Assembly (NCBI GenBank): GCA_963842525.1
Contig: CAWJGT010000034.1
Location: 352,001 to 416,000, forward strand
Direction: 5' to 3'
Source: an uncultured Holophagales bacterium
GTDB taxonomy: Bacteria > Acidobacteriota > Thermoanaerobaculia > Multivoradales > UBA5704
DNA: 64,000 nt
Part shown: positions 29,922 to 38,610 of the stretch, piece after piece
Layout of the letters: each line of letters begins with the position of its first letter
Position numbering within the stretch: position 1 is the stretch's first letter
Program-made: the position numbers and the translations under genes
The notes under the pieces: model-generated
Database searches by the model: none
What the model was told of the DNA's origin: nothing
The model's input: only the letters and a program-made list of their open reading frames with translations

Positions 29922-32900
29922 TCAGCCGAGCTCGTCGAGAAGCCCACGGGCCTCGCGAAGGTCGCCCGTGTCGAACCCCTCGGTGAAGCGGCCATAGATA
30001 CCTGAGAGCAGCTCGCTGGCCTCGGCCTTCCGGCCTTGACCCGCCCACAGCCGGGCGAGGCTCATCGCGGCCCGCAGCTCCAGGGACTTCGCGCTCTGGT
30101 GGCGGGCGACGTCGAGAGCCCGGTCGAACAACTTCTCGGCCTCGGATTCCGTGGCACCGCTCCGGCGGAGCAGCTCTCCCTTGAGACGCCAAAGCTCGGC
30201 ATCGAACAGACGCTGTCCGCCGCTGTCGGAGATCTCCAGGCCCTTCTCGACGGCCGCGAGCCCTTCGGGGATGCGGTCCGCCTGGAGACAGCTTTCCGCC
30301 AGGAGGGCCAGGTGATTGGGCACACCTGCGAGCGCCCCGAGAGAAAGCCTTCCCCCGATGCCCTCGCGCATCCGCTCGAAGGCGGAAGTCGCCTCTCCAA
30401 GAGCCGACTCCGCCCAGGCGCGAAGGAAGACCGCCACGGAGATGAAGTGCCGATAGCCCTGCTCGGTCGCGAGGGAGGCCAGCTCTCCGATCTGCGCCAG
30501 GACCTCCTGCGGCTCACGCCGGTACGCATGGATCTCGCTGGCGAAGTACACCACGAAACAGCGCGAGAACAGGGCTTGCAGCTCCCGGGCCTCCGCCACC
30601 GCCTGGCGGCTCTGCCGGAGGGCCTGATCAGGATCGCCGAGGAGCCACAGCGTCCAGGCAAGGTTGGCCATTCCCTCCAGCAGGAGGTTTCCCGAGCCGG
30701 GCAGGGAGAGGTCGACGCTCGCATCGGTCGACTCGAAAAGCGAGATCGCCTCCTCCAGGTGGATTCGCGCGCGGGCGAGCTCGCCGCGGCAGAGCAGGAC
30801 GAAGCCCAGCCCCTGATGGCTCACCCTAAGGAGGCCCGGCAGCTCCTGGCGGGCCATTTCGTGGAGCCGTTCCGCGATCTCGAGGCCGCCGTGCATGTCA
30901 CCGCTGATCAGACGGTTGATGAACAGCCCGCGCAGGGTCGCGAAGACCTGTGGCGTCTGACCCACGTCGCCGCAGAGCTCCCAGGCCCGCTGGAAGGCGT
31001 GCTGCACCTCCGGCGTCGAGAAGGTCCGCGTGGCGGCCAGCGCCATGCCCAGGGCGAGCTGCAGCGCGATCTCCTGCTGGATCCGCTCGCCGCTCTCGGG
31101 CAGCTCGGCGAGCAGGGCGAGCGCCCGCTGGAGGTGGCCCCCGGCTTCCAGATAAGCCGAGCCCTGGGTCGCCCTCTCGCCTGCGCGTTGCCAGAGCGGG
31201 ACCGCCTGTGCGGGCAGGCCCGCCTCGGTGTAGTGATGGGCCAGCACCTCGGGTTGGGCTTCGACGATCTCGGGGAACCGTCTTTCCAGGACGCCCGCAA
31301 CCCGGCGATGGAGCCGCCGGCAGTCGGCCCGCAGCAGCGAGGCATAGGCCGCGTCCTGCAGCAGGGCGTGCTTGAACAGGTAGCGCTGGTGGGGCCGGCG
31401 CCCCCGCCGGAACAGGATTTCGGCGGCGACCAGGCGGTCCAGCTCACGCTCGAGGTGCTCTTCGCTGCACGGAGCCACGGCGTACAGCAGGCCGGCCGGG
31501 ATCTCCCGGCCCAACACGGCCGCGAGCTGCGCGATGTCCCGCGCCGGGCCGAGCCGGTCGAGCCGGGCTCGCAGCCAGCCTTCGAGCGTGGCGGGGATTT
31601 CGAGCGAGGGCCTGCCCGAGGACGCCTCCGGACCGGTAGCGGAGCCCGCCTCCAGGATCATCCTGGTCAGCTCCTCGACGAACAGCGGGACGCCGTCGGT
31701 GCGGGCGGCGATCTGCTCGCGGACCGCGGGAGCCAACGACCGATCGGCCGTCAGCCGCTCGACCATGAGCCCGGCCTGGGTGCGGCTCAGCGGGCTCAGG
31801 GTCAGGCGCGTCAGGTCGGACCGCTGCCCCCAGGGCGGCCGGAGCTCCGGGCGGAAGGTGAGGAGGAGCAGGAGGGGGACCGCGGCGGCGTGCTCGATGA
31901 GCAAGCCGAGCAGCTCGAGGCTGGAAGGATCGAGCCAGTGCAGATCCTCGACGACCAGGAGGAGCGGCTGCCGGTCGGCCATCGCCAGGAGCAGGGCGAG
32001 GACCGTCTCGAGGGTCTGACGGCGCTGCTCCTCGGGGCTCATCGGCGGCAGGCTATGGCACTCGCCGGCGGGAATCGACAACAGGAAGGCGAGCAGCGGC
32101 ACGGCCTGCGGGAGGTCGGGGACCAGGCGCGCCGCCTCCTGCTCCAGGCGAGCGAGCCGGTCCTGCGGCGGCTCGTTGCGGTCGGCGGCGAGCCAGCGCT
32201 GCAGCAGCTCGCGGATCGGGTGCAAGGCGCTGTGGCGGTGGTACGGCGAGCCGTGGGCCTCCAGCCAGTCCGCGGCGCCGGCAGTCACCCGCTGCCGCAG
32301 CTCCCAGACCAGGCGCGACTTGCCCAGGCCCGCCTCGCCCGCGAGCAGGACCACCTGCCCCGCGCCCTCCCGGGCCACGGCCCAGCGTTCCAGCAGCAGG
32401 CCCAGCTCCTGCTCGCGCCCCACCAGCGGAGTCAGGGAGACGGAAGCCTCGATCCGGGTCTGGGCCCCGCTTTCGGCCAGGACTCGCCAGGCGCGCAGCG
32501 GCGGGTCACCCCCCGGCAGCGAGACCGGCACCAGCTCTTCGCACTCGAAGTACCCCGCGATCAACCGGTGTGTCGCCGAGCTGACCAGCACCTTGCCGGG
32601 CGCGGCCAGGCTCTGGACCAGGAATGCCACCTCCGGGGCCTCGGTCAGGGTCACGTCGCCGTTCGCGGCGCCCTCGCCTGCGGCGGTGATCATCGGGCCG
32701 GTGTGGATGCCAATCCGCAGTGTCCAGGCCCCGGGTCGCGCCGGGAGCTGTCTGGCCCGGGTGACGATTTCCAGGGCTGCGCGAAGCGCCCGGTGCGCGT
32801 CGTCCTCGTGCGCGAGGGGATAGCCGAACCAGGCCACCCAGCCGCGGCCTCGCCTACGGCCGAGGCGCCCTTCGAAACGATCCACGACCTCGGCCAGGAG

Positions 32901-33467
32901 ATTTTGCAGGGCCGGCATCTCCGCGAGCAGGTCCTCGGGATCGAGCGGAGCGTCTCCTGCCTCGGCGAGACTGCAGCTCAGCGCCGTCGCCTGCCGGCGC
33001 TCCGCCGCCCGCTGGAGTGAGGGTGCCTCAGCGGCGTCCATGCCGCCCGTGCGGTCTTCGAGCGGGTAGGAGCCGATCCTGGCTGGCTCCTCCCCAGGCG
33101 CTTCGGTCGCCTTCTCCGCCGGCACGGCCGGAGCGAGCAGGCGGTATCCCCGCTTGGGAATGGTCTGGACATAGCGCGGCTCCCGGGCGTCGTCTCCCAA
33201 GGCCTTGCGGAGGCTGTGGATCGCCTGGGAGAGCACACCTTCCTCGACGAACGCGCTGCCCCAGACGGCCGCCAGCAGCTCGTCCTTGGAGACCACTCTC
33301 CCCTCCTGGACCGCCAGATAGATGAGCACATCCATGACCCGCGGCTCAAGCCGGACCGACTTGCGGTCCGAGCACAGCGTGCCTTCCGCCTGGCGAACCA
33401 ACCACTCGCCGAGCCGGAACCCGCCGATCCGCGGAAAGCGTGTGGCTGGCTCTTGCGACTCGCTCAT
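29922..33467 (-). CDS. Winged-helix (Trans_reg_C/CadC-like) + class III cyclase-like + AAA/STAND ATPase + TPR regulator
   Basis: RLEPRVMDVL..VSKDELLAAVW..LRKALGD..QTIPKRGYRL. AERRQ..FGYPLAHEDDA..RIGIHTG. GEAGLGKS, EDLHWLD, GVPLFVEE, FKHALLQDAAY. C-terminal ELRAAMSLARLW..FTEGFDT. Confidence 0.92.
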   Translation of the reverse strand: MSESQEPATRFPRIGGFRLGEWLVRQAEGTLCSDRKSVRLEPRVMDVLIYLAVQEGRVVSKDELLAAVWGSAFVEEGVLSQAIHSLRKALGDDAREPRYVQTIPKRGYRLLAPAVPAEKATEAPGEEPARIGSYPLEDRTGGMDAAEAPSLQRAAERRQATALSCSLAEAGDAPLDPEDLLAEMPALQNLLAEVVDRFEGRLGRRRGRGWVAWFGYPLAHEDDAHRALRAALEIVTRARQLPARPGAWTLRIGIHTGPMITAAGEGAANGDVTLTEAPEVAFLVQSLAAPGKVLVSSATHRLIAGYFECEELVPVSLPGGDPPLRAWRVLAESGAQTRIEASVSLTPLVGREQELGLLLERWAVAREGAGQVVLLAGEAGLGKSRLVWELRQRVTAGAADWLEAHGSPYHRHSALHPIRELLQRWLAADRNEPPQDRLARLEQEAARLVPDLPQAVPLLAFLLSIPAGECHSLPPMSPEEQRRQTLETVLALLLAMADRQPLLLVVEDLHWLDPSSLELLGLLIEHAAAVPLLLLLTFRPELRPPWGQRSDLTRLTLSPLSRTQAGLMVERLTADRSLAPAVREQIAARTDGVPLFVEELTRMILEAGSATGPEASSGRPSLEIPATLEGWLRARLDRLGPARDIAQLAAVLGREIPAGLLYAVAPCSEEHLERELDRLVAAEILFRRGRRPHQRYLFKHALLQDAAYASLLRADCRRLHRRVAGVLERRFPEIVEAQPEVLAHHYTEAGLPAQAVPLWQRAGERATQGSAYLEAGGHLQRALALLAELPESGERIQQEIALQLALGMALAATRTFSTPEVQHAFQRAWELCGDVGQTPQVFATLRGLFINRLISGDMHGGLEIAERLHEMARQELPGLLRVSHQGLGFVLLCRGELARARIHLEEAISLFESTDASVDLSLPGSGNLLLEGMANLAWTLWLLGDPDQALRQSRQAVAEARELQALFSRCFVVYFASEIHAYRREPQEVLAQIGELASLATEQGYRHFISVAVFLRAWAESALGEATSAFERMREGIGGRLSLGALAGVPNHLALLAESCLQADRIPEGLAAVEKGLEISDSGGQRLFDAELWRLKGELLRRSGATESEAEKLFDRALDVARHQSAKSLELRAAMSLARLWAGQGRKAEASELLSGIYGRFTEGFDTGDLREARGLLDELG

Positions 33468-33523
33468 GGTGAAGGAGTGGCCCCGAAAGACAGAGGACGC
33501 GCTCCTTCAATTCTACGCTCCTC

Positions 33524-33592
33524 TCCTGAGGTTCTTCCTGAGAGTTTCCTAAGATTTCCCAAAAGACGTGCAGTGCCTCGCCGGACCAGACT
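33524..33592 (+). promoter_or_regulatory. Heptamer direct-repeat operator / duplicated promoter, copy 1
   Basis: TCCTGAG 33524, TCCTGAG 33536, TCCTAAG 33547, TCCCAAA 33557. Segment 33535-33592 matches 34964-35021 at 50/58 positions. Confidence 0.7.
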
Positions 33593-33647
33593 ATGACAGA
33601 CGGCTTCCGCACACCTTCCAGGTCCGTCCGCCGTCGAGGAGAAAACA

Positions 33648-34943
33648 ATGAACGCGACACCTGCCAGACAAGCGGAGAGATCCGCGAATATCTTCATCAG
33701 CTATCGCCGCGAGGACAGCGGGGGCCATGCCGGGCGGCTTTTCGATGGCCTCAGCGATCACTTCTCCGGCCGGCTCTTCATGGACGTCGACACCCTCGAG
33801 CCAGGCGTCGATTTCGTCGAGGCGATCGAGAAGGCCGTCGGCTTCTGCGAAGTGCTGATCGTAGTCATCGGCCGCGAGTGGCTGACTCTGACGGATGCGA
33901 GCGGGCGCCGGCGCCTCGACAACCCGGGGGATTTCGTACGCCTGGAAGTCGAGCACGCCCTGGCGCGCAACATCCGGGTCATTCCCGTCCTGGTCGAGGA
34001 CGCGCCGATGCCGCGCGGCGAGGAGCTGCCGCCTTCGCTCGCCCGGCTGGCGCGACGCAACGCCATCGAGCTCAGCGATGCCCGCTGGGCCTACGACGTG
34101 GACCGCCTCGCGCAGGCGATCCGCGACGTCCTGGGCGAGGAGGGTGCCCCGGCGCCGCAGCCGGCCCCTGGAAAGCGGCGGGACACACCACCCCAGGCGC
34201 CGCCTGCAAGCATCGCGCGGCCCAGACCGCGACGGCTCGTCCTCGCCTCCGTCGCGCTGCTGTCGATGACCGCGCTGGCGACCGGGGGATGGATCGGAGG
34301 GAAGGCCCTGCAAGGCGATTCGCCCGCGGAGGTCCCCACGGCCGGCCGCGGCGGCAGCGACCCTCCACCCACACCGGTCGTTCCCGGCCCGGGCCCCGAG
34401 AGCGGCGAGGCGATCGGGGTTGCCGCCCGCGGCCAGACCGCGGAGCCTCCTTCCAGCCCTTGGCCTGCCGACAGGACCCGGCAGCGGTCCACCGCCAAGG
34501 CTGCGCGATTCCGAGCCGCCCGTGGCGAATTCCCTTCCGGAAGAGGCCTTGCCGACGGCGCAGGCCATGATCACCTCGCCGCGGGACGGCGACAAAGTGG
34601 GCAAGTCCATCACGGTCGAAGGCGTCCTCTCCGGGCTCGCCGACGGCCAGAGGGCATTCCTCTGCGTGCAGCCGCTCCAGGGCCCGATCTATCCTCAAGG
34701 GGAGCTGTTCCCCGAGGCCGACGGTCGATGGTCTCTGCGTGCGGACAGCTCGGACAGGGACTATCAGACCTTCGTCGTGCTCTCGACCAGTGCGGAGGCG
34801 GCAGAGGCGCTGCACGCGCGTGCCAGCCTCGGCAGTCTGCCCGAGGGGGCCTCCATCCTGGGCCTGTCGTCACGCTCGACCGACAGGGGAAGCTCGCCAA
34901 TCTCCGGGAGAGGTGGAAACGCCGCCAGGATTCGAGCCGTTGA
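33648..34943 (+). CDS. TIR-domain protein with TM helix and extracytoplasmic Ig-like domain (two compensating frameshifts at ~34430-34520 and ~34860)
   Basis: IFISYRREDS..FMDVDTLEPGVDF..DFVRLEVEHAL..VIPVLV. TM LVLASVALLSMTALATGGWI. The alternate frame gives ITSPRDGDKV..VEG..IYPQG..DGRWS. Confidence 0.8.
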   Translation: MNATPARQAERSANIFISYRREDSGGHAGRLFDGLSDHFSGRLFMDVDTLEPGVDFVEAIEKAVGFCEVLIVVIGREWLTLTDASGRRRLDNPGDFVRLEVEHALARNIRVIPVLVEDAPMPRGEELPPSLARLARRNAIELSDARWAYDVDRLAQAIRDVLGEEGAPAPQPAPGKRRDTPPQAPPASIARPRPRRLVLASVALLSMTALATGGWIGGKALQGDSPAEVPTAGRGGSDPPPTPVVPGPGPESGEAIGVAARGQTAEPPSSPWPADRTRQRSTAKAARFRAARGEFPSGRGLADGAGHDHLAAGRRQSGQVHHGRRRPLRARRRPEGIPLRAAAPGPDLSSRGAVPRGRRSMVSACGQLGQGLSDLRRALDQCGGGRGAARACQPRQSARGGLHPGPVVTLDRQGKLANLRERWKRRQDSSR

Positions 34944-34963
34944 TGCGCGCGGACAGGAGGACT

Positions 34964-35021
34964 TTCCTGAGATTTTCCTAAGGTTTCCTCAAAGACGCGC
35001 AGTGCCCCGCCGGGCCAGGCT
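34964..35021 (+). promoter_or_regulatory. Heptamer direct-repeat operator / duplicated promoter, copy 2
   Basis: TCCTGAG 34965, TCCTAAG 34976, TCCTCAA 34986, upstream of the sigma fragment. Confidence 0.7.
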
Positions 35022-35075
35022 CCATGCAGAGACCGGGTTGCGGCCCTGCATCCCGGCCCCCTCTGGAGGTCCGAG

Positions 35076-35471
35076 ATGGTGGCTGAGCCCACGAAATCTG
35101 CGAACCGATCCGTCGACGAGGCACGGCAGGCGGCGCGGGGGCGGGCGCTCTTCGAAAACCATTTCGACCTCATTCAGCAGAGACTCCGGCAATTGAGCCG
35201 CCGCAGCGGCCTGCCCGACCGCGAAGCGGAGGCGCTCTGCTCCTGGGCCCTGTTGCGGCTCGTCGAGAACGATTATCGAGCGCTGGCGAAGTGGGAGGGC
35301 CGGAGCTCCTTCTCCACCTATCTCACCGTCGTTCTCGTCAGCCTGATGCTGGACTACCGGCGTTCACGCTTGGGGCCTACAGCTTCGGATGCCGCAGATG
35401 GAATCCGGTCGCGTCCTGGTAGGCCCTGGCCAGCGCCAGGACCTCCCCTTCTCCGAAAAGCCGGCCCATGA
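35076..35471 (+). pseudogene. Truncated ECF sigma70-like gene (region 2 only)
   Basis: LFENHFDLIQQRLRQLSRR..LRLVENDYRALAKWEGRSSFSTYLTVV..LDYRR. Similarity stops at ~35376, where the frame runs antisense into the amidase 3' end. No region 4. Confidence 0.65.
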
Positions 35472-37083
35472 ACGTGATGCTGGTCGGGGTCCCGTCCTTC
35501 CGGAAGCCGTTTGGTAGGACCACGGCCGGATGGCCTGTCAGGTTGGTCAACAGCAGGTTGCCGCCGCCATAGCTGGGCGAGACGTAGGCGTCGAAGTCGG
35601 CCATCAGCTTCGCCATCTCGCGCATGGCCACGGTCCGGATGCGGTTGGCCGCCAGGTAGGCCACGGCCGGGATGGTCTGGCCCTGGCGGAAGACGTTGGG
35701 CCAGGCCTGCTCGATCTGGCGGACCAGCAGGTCGTCCTTGCCGCTGCGGGTCAGCTCGTCGAAGGCGTCGCGGCCTCGACGCTCGAGGATGATCCCCAGG
35801 GCGTCGATCGGCAGGTCGGGCAGCTCGATCGGGCGGAGATCGATCCCCAGCTTGCGCAGGTCTTCGAGGGTCTGCAGGTCGAAGGCGTGCCACTCTTCGC
35901 GGCCTTCCTGCGGCTTGGCCTCGAAGGTCGACTTGAAGTAGCCGACGCGGAGCTTGCGCACGTCCAGGTCGGGGTCCCAGCGGAACGGCGCATCGATCAC
36001 CGTGTTGTCCTTGCCGTCCGGACCGTGGATCGCCTGGAAGACCAGGGCGCAGTCCTCGACGCTGCGGCAGATCGGGCCGAGCTTGTCCATGGTCCAGCAC
36101 AGGGCCATGGCGCCGTGGCGGCTGACCCGGCCGAAGGTGGGACGCAGCCCGGTCGCGCCGTTCCGGGTGCAGGGGGAGACGATGGAGCCCAGCGTCTCGC
36201 TGCCGATGGTGAAGCCGACTGCTCCCGCGGCCGTCGTCGAGGCCGAGCCGGCCGACGAGCCGCTCGAGCCCTGCTCGAGGTTCCAGGGGTTACGCGTCAT
36301 GCCGCCGAACCAGACATCGCCCCAGGCGAGCTCGCCCAGGGTGAGCTTGGCGACCAGCACCGCCCCGGCCTGTTCCAGGCGCTCGACGACGGTCGCGTCC
36401 ATGTCGATCACCTGGTCCTTGAACAGCACCGAGCCCCAGGTGGTCTTGTAGCCGCGAGCGGCGAGCAGGTCCTTGGCACCCCACGGGATGCCGTGGAGCG
36501 GTCCGCGATACTTGCCGGCCGCGACCTCCCGGTCCGCCCTCTCCGCCTGCTGGAGCGCCAGCTCCTCGGTGTAGGTGATCACGGCGAGCAGCTTCGGATC
36601 GAGGCGCTTCAGCCGCGCCAGGTACATCTGCGTGAGGTCGACCGAACGGATCTTGCCGGCCCGGACGAGCGGCGCGAGTCGGGTCACCGGCCAGAAAGCC
36701 ACGTCTTCCAGAGACGCCGGGGCGGCAAGCGGCTCCTTCGGCTCGCTCATCCGGACGCCGCTCGGGCCGCCGAGCTTCGTGCCGGGCAACACCGGATCGA
36801 AACGGAGCGCCGGCGGCACGCTGTTGTCCAGATGGAAGGCCCGGATCTTTTCGTAGTCCTGCTTCTGCTCGTCGAGCCCCTTGAGCATCAGGTCGCGCTC
36901 GGCAGGGGTGAATTCGAGGCCGGCGACCTTCTCGGCCTCGGCAAGGCTCTGGGCGGAAACGCCGGGCGCCTTCTCGTCCGCGGTGAGAACGGCAGGCAGG
37001 GCGCCGCCGGCCGCCACGGCAATGGTGAGAAACCGCCGGCGGTCGAGGCTGGGCAGAGCAGGGCGATCGATGGGCTCGGACAT
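35377..37083 (-). CDS. Tat-exported amidase (amidase signature family)
   Basis: DRRRFL Tat motif, GPLHGIPWGAKD, GSSGSSAGS, GSETLGSIVSP, TNLTGHPA. Confidence 0.92.
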   Translation of the reverse strand: MSEPIDRPALPSLDRRRFLTIAVAAGGALPAVLTADEKAPGVSAQSLAEAEKVAGLEFTPAERDLMLKGLDEQKQDYEKIRAFHLDNSVPPALRFDPVLPGTKLGGPSGVRMSEPKEPLAAPASLEDVAFWPVTRLAPLVRAGKIRSVDLTQMYLARLKRLDPKLLAVITYTEELALQQAERADREVAAGKYRGPLHGIPWGAKDLLAARGYKTTWGSVLFKDQVIDMDATVVERLEQAGAVLVAKLTLGELAWGDVWFGGMTRNPWNLEQGSSGSSAGSASTTAAGAVGFTIGSETLGSIVSPCTRNGATGLRPTFGRVSRHGAMALCWTMDKLGPICRSVEDCALVFQAIHGPDGKDNTVIDAPFRWDPDLDVRKLRVGYFKSTFEAKPQEGREEWHAFDLQTLEDLRKLGIDLRPIELPDLPIDALGIILERRGRDAFDELTRSGKDDLLVRQIEQAWPNVFRQGQTIPAVAYLAANRIRTVAMREMAKLMADFDAYVSPSYGGGNLLLTNLTGHPAVVLPNGFRKDGTPTSITFMGRLFGEGEVLALARAYQDATGFHLRHPKL

Positions 37084-37200
37084 CGGACCTCCTGGAAAGG
37101 ACGAGACCGCCGGATTCTACTCCGGACGTGAAACCTTTCGCGCCCCTGCTTCGTCTGGTTGGACAAGCAGGCGCCATCGGGTGCCCCAGGAGGAGACGAA

Positions 37201-37769
37201 ATGAACGGCAAGAAAGCCCTTGTGATCTCACTGCTCGCGGTCAGCCTGACGGCGGCGCGAGCTTCCGCGGAAGACCTCTATCTCCATGTGAAGGTCCACG
37301 ATGCGAAAGAGGACAGCCATGTGAACATCAACCTCCCGCTCTCGGTGGTCGAGAAGTCGTCGGCCTTCATCCCGTCCGAAGCCCGCTCGTCCGGCAAGAT
37401 CCGGATCGACGACGAGGACATGAGCGTCGCCGAGATGCGCGAATGTGGGCCGAGCTCCAGAAGCATCCGGATGCGACCTGGATCAGCGTCGACGAGCCGG
37501 ACTCCAAGGTCCGCGTCTCCAAGCGAGGCAAATACCTGCACATCCTCGCGCAGGACCGGAAGGGGGGATCCGGTCGAGGTGAGGACGTGGAGATCAAGAT
37601 CCCGGCGTCCGTCGTGGCGGCAATGCTGTCGTCGACCAAGGGCAATGAATTCGATATCGCCGGGGCCATCCGCGCGCTGGCCCGCGAGGGCGAGGGCGAG
37701 TTGGTGACCGTCACCGGCGAGGACGAGACCGTCCGCATCTGGATCGACGCTCGGTCCGAGAGCAGGTAA
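37201..37769 (+). CDS. Secreted hypothetical protein, frameshift near 37445
   Basis: RBS AGGAGGAG, signal peptide, LHVKVHD..VNINLPLS. Continues in another frame as WAELQKH..VEIKIPASVV..ETVRIWID. Confidence 0.7.
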
Positions 37770-37781
37770 AAGGAGATCGCC

Positions 37782-38234
37782 ATGTCACGCGGCGCCAAGA
37801 TCCTCACCGCGATCGCAGCAGCGTTCGCGATCCTCTTCCTCGGGTCCGGCCTGCTGGTCGCGGGCACGATCGCCGCGACCGGCTTGGTCACGGTCAATGT
37901 GCACGACAAGGCCGAGGGCACTCACATCTATCTGCCGGTCCCGGCCATGGCTGTCTACCTGGGCATGGACCTGCTCCCGCTGGTCATGGACGACTCCGAC
38001 CTGGCCGAGATGCGCCGGGACATCGGCGACTGGGGCCCCTTCATGGCCGCCACGCTGCAAGGCCTCGCGGACTGCCCCGACGGAGTTCTGGTCGACGTCC
38101 GCGACGGTGACGAGACGGTCCGTATCGTCAAGGAAGGCCGGTCCTTCGAGATCCGTGTCCGCAACCGCGACGAGTCGGTCGACATCTCGGTGCCCGCGCG
38201 GGTGCTCTCGAAGGTCGCGCGGTTCGTGGCCTGA
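37782..38234 (+). CDS. Membrane-anchored hypothetical protein, similar in style to the upstream gene
   Basis: RBS AAGGAG, N-terminal TM, VNVHD..IYLPVP and ETVRIVK..VDISVP motifs. Confidence 0.75.
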   Translation: MSRGAKILTAIAAAFAILFLGSGLLVAGTIAATGLVTVNVHDKAEGTHIYLPVPAMAVYLGMDLLPLVMDDSDLAEMRRDIGDWGPFMAATLQGLADCPDGVLVDVRDGDETVRIVKEGRSFEIRVRNRDESVDISVPARVLSKVARFVA

Positions 38235-38235
38235 A

Positions 38236-38290
38236 CCTCACCCCCTACCCCCCTCTCTCGTCGTGCTCCCGCCGACCGGGAGAGGGGGAC
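38236..38290. repeat. CCTCACCCC..CCTCTCCC..GGGAGAGGG palindromic REP-like element
   Basis: Same family as 42195-42250 and 58709-58862. Confidence 0.6.
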
Positions 38291-38430
38291 GTCGTTGAGG
38301 TAGCCTGCGCGAGGTCGTCGCTGCCCCGCCGTGTCATCCTGAGCGAAGCAACCTCTCTGCCCGCAAAGCCATATTCCACGTGCGCTTGCCGTCGTCGACG
38401 CTCGCATGCTGCCGTCGAAGCCGATATCCA

Positions 38431-38610
38431 AGGTTTTTAAGACCTACACCCGACTTTTGAGGCTTATCCCGAACTTTCCAGGCCAACGCCAGACTTTTAA
38501 GGCCAGCACTCGATTTTTCAGGCTGACGCCGGACTTTTAAGGCCTTCGCCAGACTTTTAAGGCTTACACCGAATTTTTGAGGCCTATCCCCGACTTTTCA
38601 GGCTCGCCCG
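38431..38610. repeat. Nine-unit 20-bp tandem array, approximate consensus nGACTTTTnAGGCYnnCnCC
   Basis: Exact 20-nt register from 38431: aggtttttaagacctacacc, cgacttttgaggcttatccc, gaactttccaggccaacgcc, agacttttaaggccagcact, cgatttttcaggctgacgcc, ggacttttaaggccttcgcc, agacttttaaggcttacacc, gaatttttgaggcctatccc, cgacttttcaggctcgcccg. Confidence 0.9.

Noticed and set aside
38431-38610. Phased arrays as CRISPR arrays
   Set aside because: Unit length is only 20-21 nt with 5-11-nt cores, there is no 23-47-nt repeat with unique spacers, and no cas genes are present.
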